Position numbers and translations under genes: made by a program. A stretch of DNA of 63,697 nucleotides, filler included, from Lenisia limosa (lineage: Eukaryota > Protista > Breviatea): the NCBI GenBank assembly GCA_001655205.1. It is 18 parts of 18 records of this genome, joined end to end, with 100 filler letters (N's around TTAATTAATTAA, not from the genome) between each part and the next. Parts side by side here need not be neighbours in the genome. Positions count along the whole stretch, not along the records: positions 1 to 10,899 come from LPNZ01008884.1; positions 11,000 to 15,263 come from LPNZ01002818.1; 16 more parts are not named here. One strand, given 5' to 3'. A model generated the notes under the pieces. The model made no database searches. It was not told where the DNA came from and saw only the letters and a program-made list of their open reading frames with translations. This document shows, in pieces, positions 1-12,639 of this stretch. Within the stretch, counting starts at the first letter, position 1. Each line of letters begins with the position of its first letter.

Positions 1-1945
1 TCAATGTCTGCCAAACTCTGGGACGAGTTCGTGGGGGTGTTGTAGATCTGATGATGAGTAAACGTAGTCGTTAATGATACTATTGTTTTCAAGGTGCTGT
101 ATAGTTATTATGTTCATTTTATACAAGTAATTCAGTTGTCGAGTAATTTAGTCTTTTTTTGATCTGATGATGAGCCTGACCCCATACCCCATTATGTATA
201 TATTTGAGGGGTCGCTGGCGAGANNNNNNNNNNNNNNNNNNNNNNNNNNNNNNNNNNNNNNNNNNNNNNNNNNNNNNNNNNNNNNNNNNNNNNNNNNNNN
301 NNNNNNNNNNNNNNNNNNNNNNNNNNNNNNNNNNNNNNATCCACACAATCAAGAAGAAAAATATTTTGGAATAAAAACATGAAGGATGATTACAAGAAGA
401 GCATATAAAAGTAAGTTTTTTTTTTAAAAAAAGTCACATACCTGGAAAACAAGCTGGCTGGAGAGAGGCGTAAATCCGAACGTCTCTACTGGTGCTATAA
501 AGCTGTCATTGATGGGTTTCAGGCCGAAGTGTCCTTCGAATTCGTAGGTGAGCGCAGGGGAGTAGAGCTAGAAAAATACAATAACAATGAATTGACAGAT
601 TTTACTTGGGAAATAATAGACAATCGGCCAAGAATTACACCAGACGCTGTATATCTTGGGCTTCCCTTCGGCCCAAAAAAAGACTGGTCAAATATCGATA
701 TTTATCGAGGATTAATCGAGAAACTCTGTCTTTTATGGGACAATTGGGAAGCCCATATATACATGTATAAATATCTCATAAAAGAGCAACACTTTGGACA
801 GGTTTTGTAAATAAATGAAACTATTGGGTTGAATAACGTCAAGTAAGTTTTCTGGGATCTGAGGTCTACAGAGTATCCACTTCAGCAGTACCTCGCCCAT
901 ACCCCCCTCCTTTTATTCGTCATTCCTAGGGCTTCACTTTGGTTCGAAAAAAGACTGAATTTATTGACATATCCTCGGAAACGATCGATATTTTACCGGT
1001 CTTTTTCGAAAAGAAGTGAAGCCATCCATACCCCCACAAACGCTGCCATCAAGCGACACAGTAAAGTTCAGCACCATTGGTTCGTAAATCTCAGGAACCG
1101 GGCACGTGATAACCTGAGGAACAGTTATCAGGCTTAATACTATTGAGTACAGTAGCAGGCATAATAAATTTGAGGGAAGTAGCAGGTAGAATAATAGGGT
1201 CCGAAAAAGACCGGTAGAATATCGATATTTATCGAGGATTTATCGAGAAATTCAATATTTTTGGGACCGCAGGGAAGCCCTAATTATAATATTCAGAAGG
1301 CCTGTTGAAATACGTGCAACACAATCATCCCACCGCTCCCACCTCTTCGGTAATAAGAGTCCCATTAACGGTGTTGTTACCGAAATGACATTCTAACGTC
1401 CGCTCCAAAAAGCCCTGGCCAACAACAGTCTAAACAGTGAGCAAAATAAGGAGTCATTTGTCAGGTAAAGGAGTAGTAGTTTGCAGCACCTCATCCCATC
1501 AGGGGAGGGGGGGGGGGGNNNNNNNNNNNNNNNNNNNNNNNNNNNNNNNNNNNNNNNNNNNNNNNNNNNNNNNNNNNNNNNNNNNNNNNNNNNNNNNNNN
1601 NNNNNNNNNNNNNNNNNNNNNNNNNNNNNNNNNNNNNNNNNNNNNNCCCCCTCCCCACAATATACTCTGGAAGCTCCAGAACAGAAGACGACGAGGGAAC
1701 CACCACTGCAAGAACTAGTTCGGGGTTGTACACAATGGTGGTTGTGGAGACCGCAGATTGTTGCTGAGAATGTTAGTGATTATGGACTGTTGCTGTGAAT
1801 GTTAGCGATTATGGATTGATGCCCAGAGACATCCTCTCTTATCTGCAATAGAGACACCCCGCCTACCCCAAGCCCTTGTCCGATGTTGGAGACATGTGCC
1901 ACATAGGTATTGCCATTCTTTGTACTGAACTTGACGCTGGAAAAG
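1..1945 (-). CDS. Multi-exon gene (partial) for an IPT/TIG-domain, probably cell-surface, protein
   Basis: GT-AG exons 1659-1763, 1343-1429 and 1038-1113 join in frame: VYNPELVLAVVVPSSSSVLELPEYI|TVVGQGFLERTLECHFGNNTVNGTLITEE|VITCPVPEIYEPMVLNFTVSLDGS. This fits the IPT/TIG pattern (Y..P...V.P, V.G.GF, C.FG, I.C..P, VS.DG). Further plausible exons lie at about 1870-1940, 440-567, 186-222 and 1-45. Confidence 0.7.
657..755. mobile_element. hAT-like MITE (family A) copy in an intron
   Basis: TGGGCTTCCCTTCGG...GGGAAGCCCA inverted termini; internal ATCGATATTTATCGAGGATT core shared with the family. Confidence 0.75.
927..1025. mobile_element. hAT-like MITE (family A) copy in an intron
   Basis: TAGGGCTTCACTTTGGTTCGAAAAAAGAC...GTCTTTTTCGAAAAGAAGTGAAGCC. 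Confidence 0.8.
1195..1282. mobile_element. hAT-like MITE (family A) copy, one end eroded
   Basis: GTCCGAAAAAGACCGG...GGGACCGCAGGGAAGCCCTA. Confidence 0.75.
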
Positions 1946-2834
1946 TCATATTTTAACACGAAAAAATATGGAATAGGCATACTATAATATGGAAAGCAAT
2001 ACGATAAGTTATTCAGCAGCGAATAATTGAGAAGTAAAATTGCTTTAAAGAAGAAAGATAATTGCTTAAAAGAAGAAAGATAATGCTTCAAACCAAAGTA
2101 ATATATTATGCAAATGTAATATATATCTTATATGATAAAAACCGCGAACAAGCCAAAAAATGACCATACAGCCACAGAAAATGAATGGGATACCTTCTTT
2201 TGCCCTTATCTTGGAAGCATTTTTGGGTTTCTAAATATACTATTTGTCAAGTTAAAAATTTTGATGGAAACGATTGCCTTATAAGGAAAGTACCTATTAA
2301 TTATGCTGCCAAATTCGCCTCATGTTATCGTCACCTAACTTGATGAACATTTAGAACTAACATGTTTAACATGGTGCAGAAGAGTAGTTAAATGCAGTTG
2401 ATTGAAAAAAAACATATTTTTTTGGGGCACAAATCATTAAAAATTAATTGTCCATTTTTCCTTCCTTTCCCTCTTTTGAATAGTTTAAGGAATCATTTGT
2501 TGTATTGAGCATAATTACAGTCAAAAGCGAAGCAAAAGTAACGCAAGTTTTCATTTTTGAGGGTGATCACTAAAACTGTTATTTCCTCCCTCATCTCCTG
2601 CCTCTCTGAACGCACCTTTTCCTCTTCTTATCCTTATTATTTTAGTAAAATACGTAACTGTATTAACTAAACTGGTTATCATGGGATGAAAGACTGTTTT
2701 ACGTTGTTTCCTTTCTCTTTGTGCTTTTCATATTTCATGAAGTCGATGCTTCATAGTAACTCATTATTCCTTTCCCCTACCGCCTATTGATGTAAACTAG
2801 ATTATTAAAGACTGCTCTTCTTATTAAAATTTAG

Positions 2835-4900
2835 ATGAATTGGCTGACTACCGAACTGCGTCACTTTCCTCAATGGTCTTCTCTGGCCGATTGTGAAAAG
2901 GTTACATCTGTGTTTAATACTGTTGATTCGATGAACCAAACCATCACCGTTCGATCAGCTGCCGACTTCCTAAAGATTTGTGAAAAGACTTTCTTATTTG
3001 AGCAATACCATGTGATACAGTCGAATGTCGCTCAAGATTCATCTATTTCTAGATGAAACCCACTTTTGTACAAAAGTACAAGAATGGAGGATCCCCTCAG
3101 TCTGAAAAGGGTGGAAGACCCCTCAAGCAATTCAGACCTTGAACCAGACCTCCTCTCAAGAATATTTGATGTTATCCATTCATCACCAAACAAAAAGACT
3201 AATAAATGTTAGGCTGCTCAAGAGGTTTACCGCCATCAATCTCAAAAGGTGTCATTTTCAAGAACATGGGCATTGGGCTTTATCAACAGTCACCCAACCA
3301 TCAAGAAAGTTGTTGGCTGAGGGAATTGTTCAAATGAAATGCTGTTTGAGTTTATACTTGTATTTATTTTTCAGCACTATTTTCATCTCTTATTTACCAA
3401 CTTTGACTCCCAACTTACTTGAGAAGTGCCGACATAATGCCACCACTCCTGACCGTATTTTGTAACACCTCTCAAGCAATGCCACCCATCTTTAATCACC
3501 AATATGGATGAGACTATGGTTCAAATCTCAGGAATGAAGCAGAGAAAGGTTGTTACTCTTGAGGAGGCTAAGCGTGTATATGCCAAAGAAGGACACAATA
3601 TTCAACACATTAGCCTTTTTGGTGCCATCAGGTATGAGTTCATTGTGAAAAGAGACATAGCTATGTTTTTAAATTTTCACAATCTCACTTTGTAGTTCAA
3701 GACTCAGTCACATCACTCCCGTTCTTCTTCTCAATCAGAAGACAATTAGAGAATAATCCGAGATTTTGTCCAGATATGCTGCTGATTCAATTCACATACC
3801 TAATGGATGGCAGGTTAGTAAATAATATTTTTGATATCTGACTCTCTTCTAGACATGTGACACCTTTCTGGAGTACATTGGAACGTACTACATTCCAGCT
3901 GTGGAGGCTCACCGCAAGGCTCTTGGACTTCTTTCAACTGCTCGTGCCCTGCTGATTACTGATGGACACTCATCTCGATACCCAGTTGTTGCCCTTGCCC
4001 GTCTCAAGGCACGTAACATTAACCTCTACCTGCTCCCCTCCCATTCCTCTCAAGTTACTCAGGCCCTTGATCGCATCACTTTCGCTATCTTCACCGCTCC
4101 ACTCTCACATCTCTCCTCAATAAGTCCCCCCAGGTTGTTGAAGGTATCTCTTCTGCTGCTCTTCTTCTTTTTGTCATGTTCTTCTTTCCACCCTAAAGCT
4201 TACAGCCAGGCTGCTGAACCCACCTACACCCTCAATACCTTCAAAAACTCTGGTATCCAGGTCAAGCTGCTTCCCTCACCATCCGTCACCATCACCCCCA
4301 TTCACTTGCCTCCCATTTCCTCGACTCTGCTTCAGTATTATCTGCCCCACCGCACTGCCCTTTATTCATTCATCCTGAATACCCAGGAGTTTTTCGACCT
4401 TATCAAGGTGGCTAAAGGAGGTGACGCCGAGGCTGCGAAGGTGCTTGGATGGCTATTGCCAATTATTATCAAGCTCTCACTGATGTTGAGGTCGATTTCT
4501 TCCACAAACATCCAACCACATTTCTCTGGGACATCTCTATTATCGAGGCTGCCCCTGCAACTGAAGAGGAGCTTCCATTCGAGGTCGGTACCGAGTGAGT
4601 GCCAGGCGATTGCCCCCATGACCCTGCCTTCTGGGAAGAGCGTCTTCTTGAAGATATCAAGAAAAAGAAGAAGGCTGAGGCTCAAGGTGAGAAGGGGTTT
4701 GACTTTGCGTTTCATGTGTTTTTTTATTCCAAAAAATCACTTGATTTATTGATAATGTCCTCCCAGCTGCTCGCCAAAACAAGGTTTCCCCAAAAAATAA
4801 AGCTACCTCCCCCAAAAAGGCAACCAAAAGTATGTTACTTTGAGAAAGTGTCGTTTTCTCATTTTCCAGAATCACCTGTAAAGAAGAAGGCGAAGTAGCT
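2835..4900 (+). pseudogene. pogo (Tc1/mariner-related) DD35D transposase, intron-containing, with disablements
   Basis: Motifs in order: NMDET (about 3500); HISLFGAIS|SRLSHITPVLL (intron 3632-3695); NGWQ|TCDTFLEY (intron 3814-3852); LLITDGHSS; LLPSHSSQVTQALD; FKNSGI. I count 35 residues between the 2nd and 3rd catalytic D. There is an in-frame TAA near 3756 plus upstream stops and frameshifts. No TIRs were found. Confidence 0.85.
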
Positions 4901-5603
4901 TTTATGTTCCTTATGTTCTTATGTTGTACATTACTATTTCCTTTATTCTTTCTTATTTCCAGCTTCCAAAATATATATTTTCAATGCGTGAATGAGAAAA
5001 GACCTTATAGTGTTACGTCTTGTGATGGGAAAACAGCTTTGTCATGATTAGCTTGATTAAAAGGGGTTAAAAAAAAGGCTCGCGGTTTTAAACACCAACC
5101 TATACATACTATATACAAAAAAATGTGGGATTAATATTAAAAAAAAATAGAAAGCAAAAAAAAGAGAAAAATTTAAAAGTAAGCCATTTTAAAGCCACTT
5201 ACTAGCACTGTACTTCAGTTGTGGTTGCTGAGACGATACTCAACTAAAATGTGAACAAAAATCAATAGTCATCATTCTGTTGAAGAAAAAATCATCCCGT
5301 GCTATCACCCATAATTATAGGGTATCATATTATATCAAACATTGATATCTACAAAACAAGTAGACTTGAATAATAACCGTGGAAATGTCCCCCATTCCCA
5401 CCTTTATTTTTTTATTTCCCCCCTCTCGCCCCACCTCCCCTCCCAACCTCTATCAAATTGTGGTTGCCGATTTTTTGGATATAACACCGCAAGTCGTCAG
5501 AGGGAATAAAACCAGTTCCAACTATGGTGATCTGAAAGAGAGTGAAATGGTTAGAGGTTCATTCTAGCCGAAAAAAAAATATACATACAATGAACCTCCC
5601 CTC

Positions 5604-5743
5604 CACTGCGGCGCATGGGCTTGGGATTCCCTTATAGTATTTGGGAATCCCATAAATCTCTTCAGATTTCCATAAAATGACATGGAATTCCCACGTAAAA
5701 TATTAAAATTCAAACGTTTTCACAAGAACCCCAAGCCGTGGTG
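5604..5743. mobile_element. CACTA-like miniature element (family D) copy
   Basis: CACTGCGGCGCATGGGCTTGGGATTCCC...CCCCAAGCCGTGGTG; homologous to 29408-29543 (opposite orientation) and 61543-61672. Confidence 0.6.
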
Positions 5744-6727
5744 TATTACTGACCAATATAATAACATCTTAGATAAAAAAAGTTGTATTTCACCATACCC
5801 CCCTTCCAACAGTTGATTTTCTCCTAAAAGTAGGGGGGCTGACCCCTGTAATAACGGCATTATCAACCGCTGTAAGTGCGAAAGGAATTACTGGGCCAAT
5901 TGACTCGGAATTGTACGTGACCGTNNNNNNNNNNNNNNNNNNNNNNNNNNNNNNNNNNNNNNNNNNNNNNNNNNNNNNNNNNNNNNNNNNNNNNNNNNNN
6001 NNNNNNNNNNNNNNNNNNNNNNNNNNNNNNNNNNNNNNNNNNNNNNNNNNNNNNNNNNNNNNNNNNNNNNNNNNNNNNNNNNNNNNNNNNNNNNNNNNNN
6101 NNNNNNNNNNNNNNNNNNNNNNNNNNNNNNNNNNNNNNNNNNNNNNNNNNNNCTTCTCTCTCTCTTTCTTGATACATAATATATATATTATACATATGTA
6201 AGTATCAAAACATCTAATACATTAAATAGACACTAAATATAGCTCAATATCCGTGACATGCCTGTAAACATGTACATGTGTATGTACGTATGTGTTTGAG
6301 AATAACCCCCCGCCCACGCCTCCCGCCGGCACAGCAGGGGAAGTGACACAAGTCAACACGTCATTGCCAGCATCATGCAGGTACGACGGCTGTGTGCCTC
6401 CAGTATCTTCTGAACAGGGTCCATCGGAGGGGCATCTGGGTGTCTGTGGGGGGGGGGGGNNNNNNNNNNNNNNNNNNNNNNNNNNNNNNNNNNNNNNNNN
6501 NNNNNNNNNNNNNNNNNNNNNNNNNNNNNNNNNNNNNNNNNNNNNNNNNNNNNNNNNNNNNNNNNNNNNNNNNNNNNNNNNNNNNNNNNNNNNNNNNNNN
6601 NNNNNNNNNNNNNNNNNNNNNNNNNNNNNNNNNNNNNNNNNNNNNNNNNNNNNNNNNNNNNNNNNNNNNNNNNNNNNNNNNNNNNNNNNNNNNNNNNNAG
6701 ATGAGAAATATAACAAGGTTTACAATT

Positions 6728-6801
6728 TGGGCTTCACTTCGGTTAGAAAAAGACTGATAAAATATCAATATCGAAGATTATTTGAACCGAAGTGAATCCC
6801 T
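6728..6801. mobile_element. hAT-like MITE (family A), internally deleted copy
   Basis: TGGGCTTCACTTCGGTTAGAAAAAGAC...GAACCGAAGTGAATCCC. Confidence 0.75.
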
Positions 6802-7162
6802 CTCCCACCAATTGCGCGGGTACATAGACGGTCTCAGCCGCAGTCTTCGCCCCCCATTGAAACACGCAGAAAAGCAGAGGACGCAAATGTAGCTCTTCGG
6901 GGAAGGTTCCGGAAAACTGGGAGGTGTGAAATGGAAGGGAAGACTATATAGAAAACTGGGAGGAGTTGAATGAATGGTAAGATCATGTCCTATGAATGGA
7001 GAACTGGGTGGAGTGGAATGGAAGGATAGAAAATAGCGTGAGGTGAAGATGACTATAGTTCATCCCAAGTTCCGGCTAATGTGGTGAAGTTCCCATGTGA
7101 TGATACAGCCACAGAAAACAGAATTTGACAGCAAATTTCGTGATTGAACATATCGACACAAG

Positions 7163-7260
7163 TAGGGCTTCACTTCGGTTCAAAAAAGACAGGGAAAATA
7201 TCGATAGTTTTCGACGATTTATCGATAAATTCAGTCTTTTTTGAACCAAAGTGAAGCTCA
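7163..7260. mobile_element. hAT-like MITE (family A) full-length copy
   Basis: TAGGGCTTCACTTCGGTTCAAAAAAGAC...GTCTTTTTTGAACCAAAGTGAAGCTCA. Confidence 0.85.
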
Positions 7261-8258
7261 AAACACAGAAATAAGAGAAACTCCGTGAAAATAAGATATA
7301 TTGGGTAAATAAACAACCCTATGCAGCGTACCTGTAATTTCGAGCCACCTAACGTGCTGATGCGGATAGTCGATGCGTTCGAAATGGTGATGTTGGGTCC
7401 TGAGTAGGGCGGGGCTGGAGGAATAAATGATATGACATTATTGTCATTAATTGAACTGAATATTGAGCTGAGACATAGTGTGCAACGAGAAAGCCATTTC
7501 AGATAAGATAAATGTTAAAAAATCACAATATAGAAACAAAAAACTTGGTTTGAAAACTGTTTTGAAATAATACTATTTTTCTCATATTTACTGAAACACA
7601 GTCTGCTGTTATTTTCAGACAGCAGTTAANNNNNNNNNNNNNNNNNNNNNNNNNNNNNNNNNNNNNNNNNNNNNNNNNNNNNNNNNNNNNNNNNNNNNNN
7701 NNNNNNNNNNNNNNNNNNNNNNNNNNNNNNNNNNNNNNNNNNNNNNNNNNNNNNNNNNNNNNNNNTGCGTGAAATCCTGGTACTAACACTACATGTAGCC
7801 AAATTCCCAATACTAGTCACATACATCATATGATAAATATTATCGGTTCATTAGATATAAATAAAGTGAAGCTTAACGACATACAGATGAGAGGATATTG
7901 CCTTCGTCAACAGGAAGGGGGTTGTGCTGCGCAAAAAGAGTCTGGAATTGTTATTTTTAAAATGACGCAGTCACAGGGTCTATGAACAACAAAGAGGGCA
8001 ACGCCCCCCGTGCCGTCATCNNNNNNNNNNNNNNNNNNNNNNNNNNNNNNNNNNNNNNNNNNNNNNNNNNNNNNNNNNNNNNNNNNNNNNNNNNNNNNNN
8101 NNNNNNNNNNNNNNNNNNNNNNNNNNNNNNNNNNNNNNNNNNNNNNNNNNNNNNNNNNNNNNNNNNNNNNNNNNNNNNNNNNNNNNNNNNNNNNNNNNNN
8201 NNNNNNNNNNNNNNNNNNNNNNNNNNNNNNNNNNNNNNNNNNNNNNNNNNNNNNNNNA

Positions 8259-10622
8259 GAAGAGACCATCAGTCGTAAGAATTGTGCTGAAGACCATGCC
8301 AGAAGAAACCTGGGAAGGGGGTGAAATTGGAATATTTATGAAACAAAACAAAAGCCCAAAATCAACCGAGGGTTGAAGTTAAAAACCCACGCTATTGGTA
8401 GGATACCACCCCTCCAACTTGAAGTATTCTCCCAGTAACCCCGGTCAATTCAATGAAATACTCCGTGGAGATTGACCCCGTGATTTTTATATTTCCATTA
8501 CCATAGGCCTTGCCATCAACTGAAGAGTCAAAAAGGAAAAAATGAAAATGAATAAAAGATAATCAAACTGGAAAGTTACTTTTAAAAAATGATGACTACT
8601 CCAATCATACTCACATAATCAAACTGGAAAGTTACTTTTAAAAAATGATGACTACTCCAATCATACTCACCCCCCCCCCCNNNNNNNNNNNNNNNNNNNN
8701 NNNNNNNNNNNNNNNNNNNNNNNNNNNNNNNNNNNNNNNNNNNNNNNNNNNNNNNNNNNNNNNNNNNNNNNNNNNNNNNATATCGGCAACAAAAGCACCT
8801 AAATACGATAATATTTAAAACTGAAAAATAACACGCTACCAATAAATATGATAAAAACCGTAACAAAGATGAATATTATCCCAATATAGTATGTAAAAAA
8901 ACCTTATGGTAAAAAACGCCCCTACTAACAGAATAATGGTCAAAAAAAGAAAAAGTAAAGGCAAAACCAAAACCCAATAGAATCAAAGACAAAACGAAAA
9001 AATGAACCACCTACATGGAGCGTCGAAAACAATAGTAACGTCGAAATCAGGCATATCATCCGTGTAGACCATCGCATTGGCTCCGAAGACGTACACCGTC
9101 CCAACATCTTTTGAGTTAAAACCTATGTGAACGACCAACACCGTCCCACATCTTTTGAGTTAAAATGTTGGTGACTAAATGGAGGCAATGATAGGATGTA
9201 TAGTTGAATTATGTCTTGTTTTCGAATAATTTTGATTCTTTCAAAAAGAGAGTCACAACATCTTTAAGGTTTAACTGTTGGGTATTGTTGGTGATGGAGA
9301 ATGTAGATTGGGCAGTATCTATACGAAGCTGTCCACATCATGAAAGAGAAAGGACAATTGACTGAAACGGAAAGAATATATTTGGTTGAGTTTTAAGTTG
9401 TTCTTCGATTTTATTAGATTTCCTATTTAAAAATTGAAGAAAAAATTTTGAGATGAGAGTAGCTTTGAAAAACAAAAACAAAAATTAAGCTTACTAGATA
9501 ACAGCGCAATTGCGGTTCCTCCCGCTTTGATAGAAATAAACTAAACGTGATTAGAAATTAAAAATAATAAAAAAAAATCAAAGAAAAAACATAAACAGAG
9601 ATTCAAAGATTCATAAATTGTGATGGGTGCTATGCATTTCCAATTCCCCCATCCTTCGACACACACACACGACGTAAGCCCTTCCTCCGCGTTCTTCATA
9701 CTACGCCCCCCACCCCATCACCATCAGTATCCGAGCCCATAATTAAATTAAACAAAACTGTTCAACATACACATCTTATTACTTCCCAACCCCCGACCTA
9801 AACATCACCACCATCACCATCATCATTACCATCATCATCATCACCATCACCTCCCCTCACCTTAACATCATCCTCAATATCAGGGTCACAGATACTGATG
9901 GGCGTTAACTCGGTCAGGTCAGATATGGACCACTGACCGCATGCTTGTCGATTACAGAACCCGCAGGCATAGGCAACACCGTCCTCTATTGCGGAGTAAA
10001 CGGAAATTTATCAAATAAGAAAGCCCAAAAAATCAACAAATTGAAATTTATGATATAAGAAAGCCCAAAATCAACTCTGTTAGCCAGAACACACGAGGGA
10101 TGAAAACAAAAAACAAAGTCAAGGCCAGTCGCTTCTGTAGTACCGCATTTCCTCACCCCAACCCCCCACCATCCAACGCGTAAGTATTGCCGGTCTCAAC
10201 ATCAATGTCGACAATGAAGGGCTTTGCTCCGCTAGCAAAATTCATGGGATATATCTCGTAATTTCTGGAGGCGCCACCAACTCGCGTTCCCTAAATGATA
10301 AGTTACCTTCCTTATATAGTAAGAGACTGTTCCATTTATACACATAATTACCCATCCCATTAAAACACCTCGTACCTCGCCACTNNNNNNNNNNNNNNNN
10401 NNNNNNNNNNNNNNNNNNNNNNNNNNNNNNNNNNNNNNNNNNNNNNNNNNNNNNNNNNNNNNNNNNNNNNNNNNNNNNNNNNNNNNNNNNNNNNNNNNNN
10501 NNNNNNNNNNNNNNNNNNNNNNNNNNNNNNNNNNNNNNNNNNNNNNNNNNNNCACCTGTTGAAACAACAAGGCTTTTGGGGAAAGGTACAGATATACGAG
10601 TCGGTAAACCTCTCACCCTAGC
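8259..10622 (-). CDS. Multi-exon RCC1/BLIP-II-repeat protein (partial)
   Basis: Spliced exons give FIVDIDVETGNTYALD|EDGVAYACGFCNRQACG (intron 9986-10169) and TGRILQ|VSSGMVFSTILTTDGLF (intron 8310-8418), both matching the RCC1 repeat (V..VSAG..HS..LT.DG.VY..G). Further possible exons extend down to about 6300. Confidence 0.65.
8310..8418 (-). mobile_element. Introner-like repeat (family C) forming most of an intron
   Basis: GT...GTTGATTTTGGGCTTTTGTTTTGTTTCATAAATATTCCAATTTCACCCCCTTCCCAG; removing it restores the RCC1 frame ILQ|VSSG. Confidence 0.7.
8559..8670. repeat. Perfect 56-bp tandem duplication
   Basis: ATAATCAAACTGGAAAGTTACTTTTAAAAAATGATGACTACTCCAATCATACTCAC twice; next to a gap. Confidence 0.85.
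9986..10169 (-). mobile_element. Introner-like repeat (family C) forming essentially the whole intron
   Basis: GTGGGG...ATGCGGTACTACAGAAGCGACTGGCC...CAGAGTTGATTTTGGGCTTT...ATAAATTTCCGTTTACTCCGCAATAG; the 3' module is duplicated; removal restores ALD|EDG. Confidence 0.75.
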
Positions 10623-10666
10623 GTTATAGCACCGTCCCATACCAGTAATATAGTATGTATGATATA

Positions 10667-10743
10667 CAGTGTCCAGGATAAGATTCGACCTATTGTCCTT
10701 GGGAAACCATATAGCAAATCGATCAACACTTATCCCGGCTCTG
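10667..10743. mobile_element. TA-flanked Tc1/pogo-like MITE (family B)
   Basis: TA-CAGTGTCCAGGATAAG...CTTATCCCGGCTCTG-TA. Confidence 0.7.
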
Positions 10744-10759
10744 TATGTATATGACCACC

Positions 10760-10849
10760 TAGGGCTTCACTTCAGTTCGAAAAAAGACTGAATTTCTCGA
10801 TAAATCCTTGAAAACTATCGGTATTTTCCCGAACCAAAGCGAAGCCTCA
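10760..10849. mobile_element. hAT-like MITE (family A)
   Basis: TAGGGCTTCACTTCAGTTCGAAAAAAGAC...GAACCAAAGCGAAGCC. Confidence 0.8.
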
Positions 10850-12639
10850 CTACCCCCCCCCCCCACTCCGTGGAATACGGCGCCATGCGCGTGAAGCCCN
10901 NNNNNNNNNNNNNNNNNNNNNNNNNNNNNNNNNNNNNNNNNNNTTAATTAATTAANNNNNNNNNNNNNNNNNNNNNNNNNNNNNNNNNNNNNNNNNNNNA
11001 AAATGAAAAAGTGCCCACACTCATGTGGGTGCCCACACTCATGTGCCTCCACCTATATAAGAGCGTGAACATAACCTCTCTGTGAACATCGGACCATCTT
11101 TTATTTTTTAAACAATAAAACTTGATATTACTGTCAACAAAATCAAACGTATGATCAAAACAATTGAACAAACAGAAGTTAGAGTTCAGTTTTATTTTCA
11201 AAAAAAAACAAAAGACAATTTTTACAAGAAAACGTTACTACATTCTTCTCCCTTTCACTTCCACTTCATCCTTTGCTTTTGTCACGCTTCTTTCGTCTTA
11301 GCAACAATTTCTTCCTATTCTAGCTCCAACTTCTAACTTTTTACTTTCACTTTCCTCAACCTTCTTCATCATCATTTCTATTGCTTTTGCTGGTCCACCT
11401 CACCCGTCTTCTTTATTTGTTCAACATTCGTTTTACCAGCGTTTCTTTGTGTTTCCTGTCTCGTTGTCATCAATTTCATCAAAAAGGATGATCTGCCCAA
11501 TACTGCTGATCCTCTGAGAGAAACGTACTGTTACATATCAAAATGTGTTGACCTTAACGACCTGACAGAACCACAAGCCCATTTTGGAAGATAATTGGGG
11601 AGCAACAGCACGGATTTCGGGGGGATAATTTGGCCAAATTTCAAAATACTACACAGTATCCAAAATTTTCCAATGTCAAAATCAACCTCTAAACGGTGAA
11701 TTTTACCATCCACCGTATGAGGAGGAAAGAGACGAATCAAGATTTGAGCCCGGAAACAACGCAAGTGTTAAGCCAAGATTGGAATGGCCAGGGGAGGTAG
11801 CGATATAATGTTCCTGCTTCAGGAACAATATGCTTGTCATAAAATACATAGAGTAGACTCGGGAGTAAGAAAAAGAGAGTGTTCAAAAGAAGGCAAGGGA
11901 AAGCAACTTCACTCTTTATGGCTTTTTACTAAAATTTAAACTATTATTTCCGTTCATTTAATAAAACCATGGGCATCAAACTTAAGGGGACATTACATTA
12001 AAAAGATCTAACTCCTTCAAAATCTAATCTCAGCATTTATTCAAAGCCAGTTCTGCTGTCAGTAAAAATAAGGATAGCGAAATTTGGTAAGAGCAGGAAC
12101 TGAGACACGTCATAATTTACCATTCCAATCTCGGTTTAACCAATACCCCCGGGCATTGAATGTGCTTGAAATAGAAATCGGGGCGAGATCAGAAAAAAGT
12201 TCGCTTCAGTGAATTTATTGTGTTTTTGTTATAAGGTAATTCTACTGGCTATTAAGCGTCCTTTGGTTGATTATGCATTGATTGTTTTTTTAAAGAGGGG
12301 GAAAAGATGGTCCAATGTTCACAGCTAGGCTTTGTTCACGGTCAGGTTACTTTCATGATCAATAGTTAATTTCTATTCATATACACGTACACGTATATGA
12401 TACATATATTATAGTATTATACTATGTGTATGTGTGCACCAGTGCATGATTCATTTTCACATTTATATGATANNNNNNNNNNAATTGATAGACATGTCTC
12501 AATGAAACTTTGACACTCGGGCTGAACTGTTGTACTATCTCTAAGTCTATCATTTCACTTGAAATTCTGTCATACATATCGCTTGTGGATTAATGATAAC
12601 ATTTGACTTTTTTTTCTATTCACAGTTTATTTTTTAGTC

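Noticed and set aside
11400-11515. IILFDEID as an AAA+ Walker B motif
   Set aside because: The frame stops about 10 codons later, another frame is equally open, and no Walker A was found.
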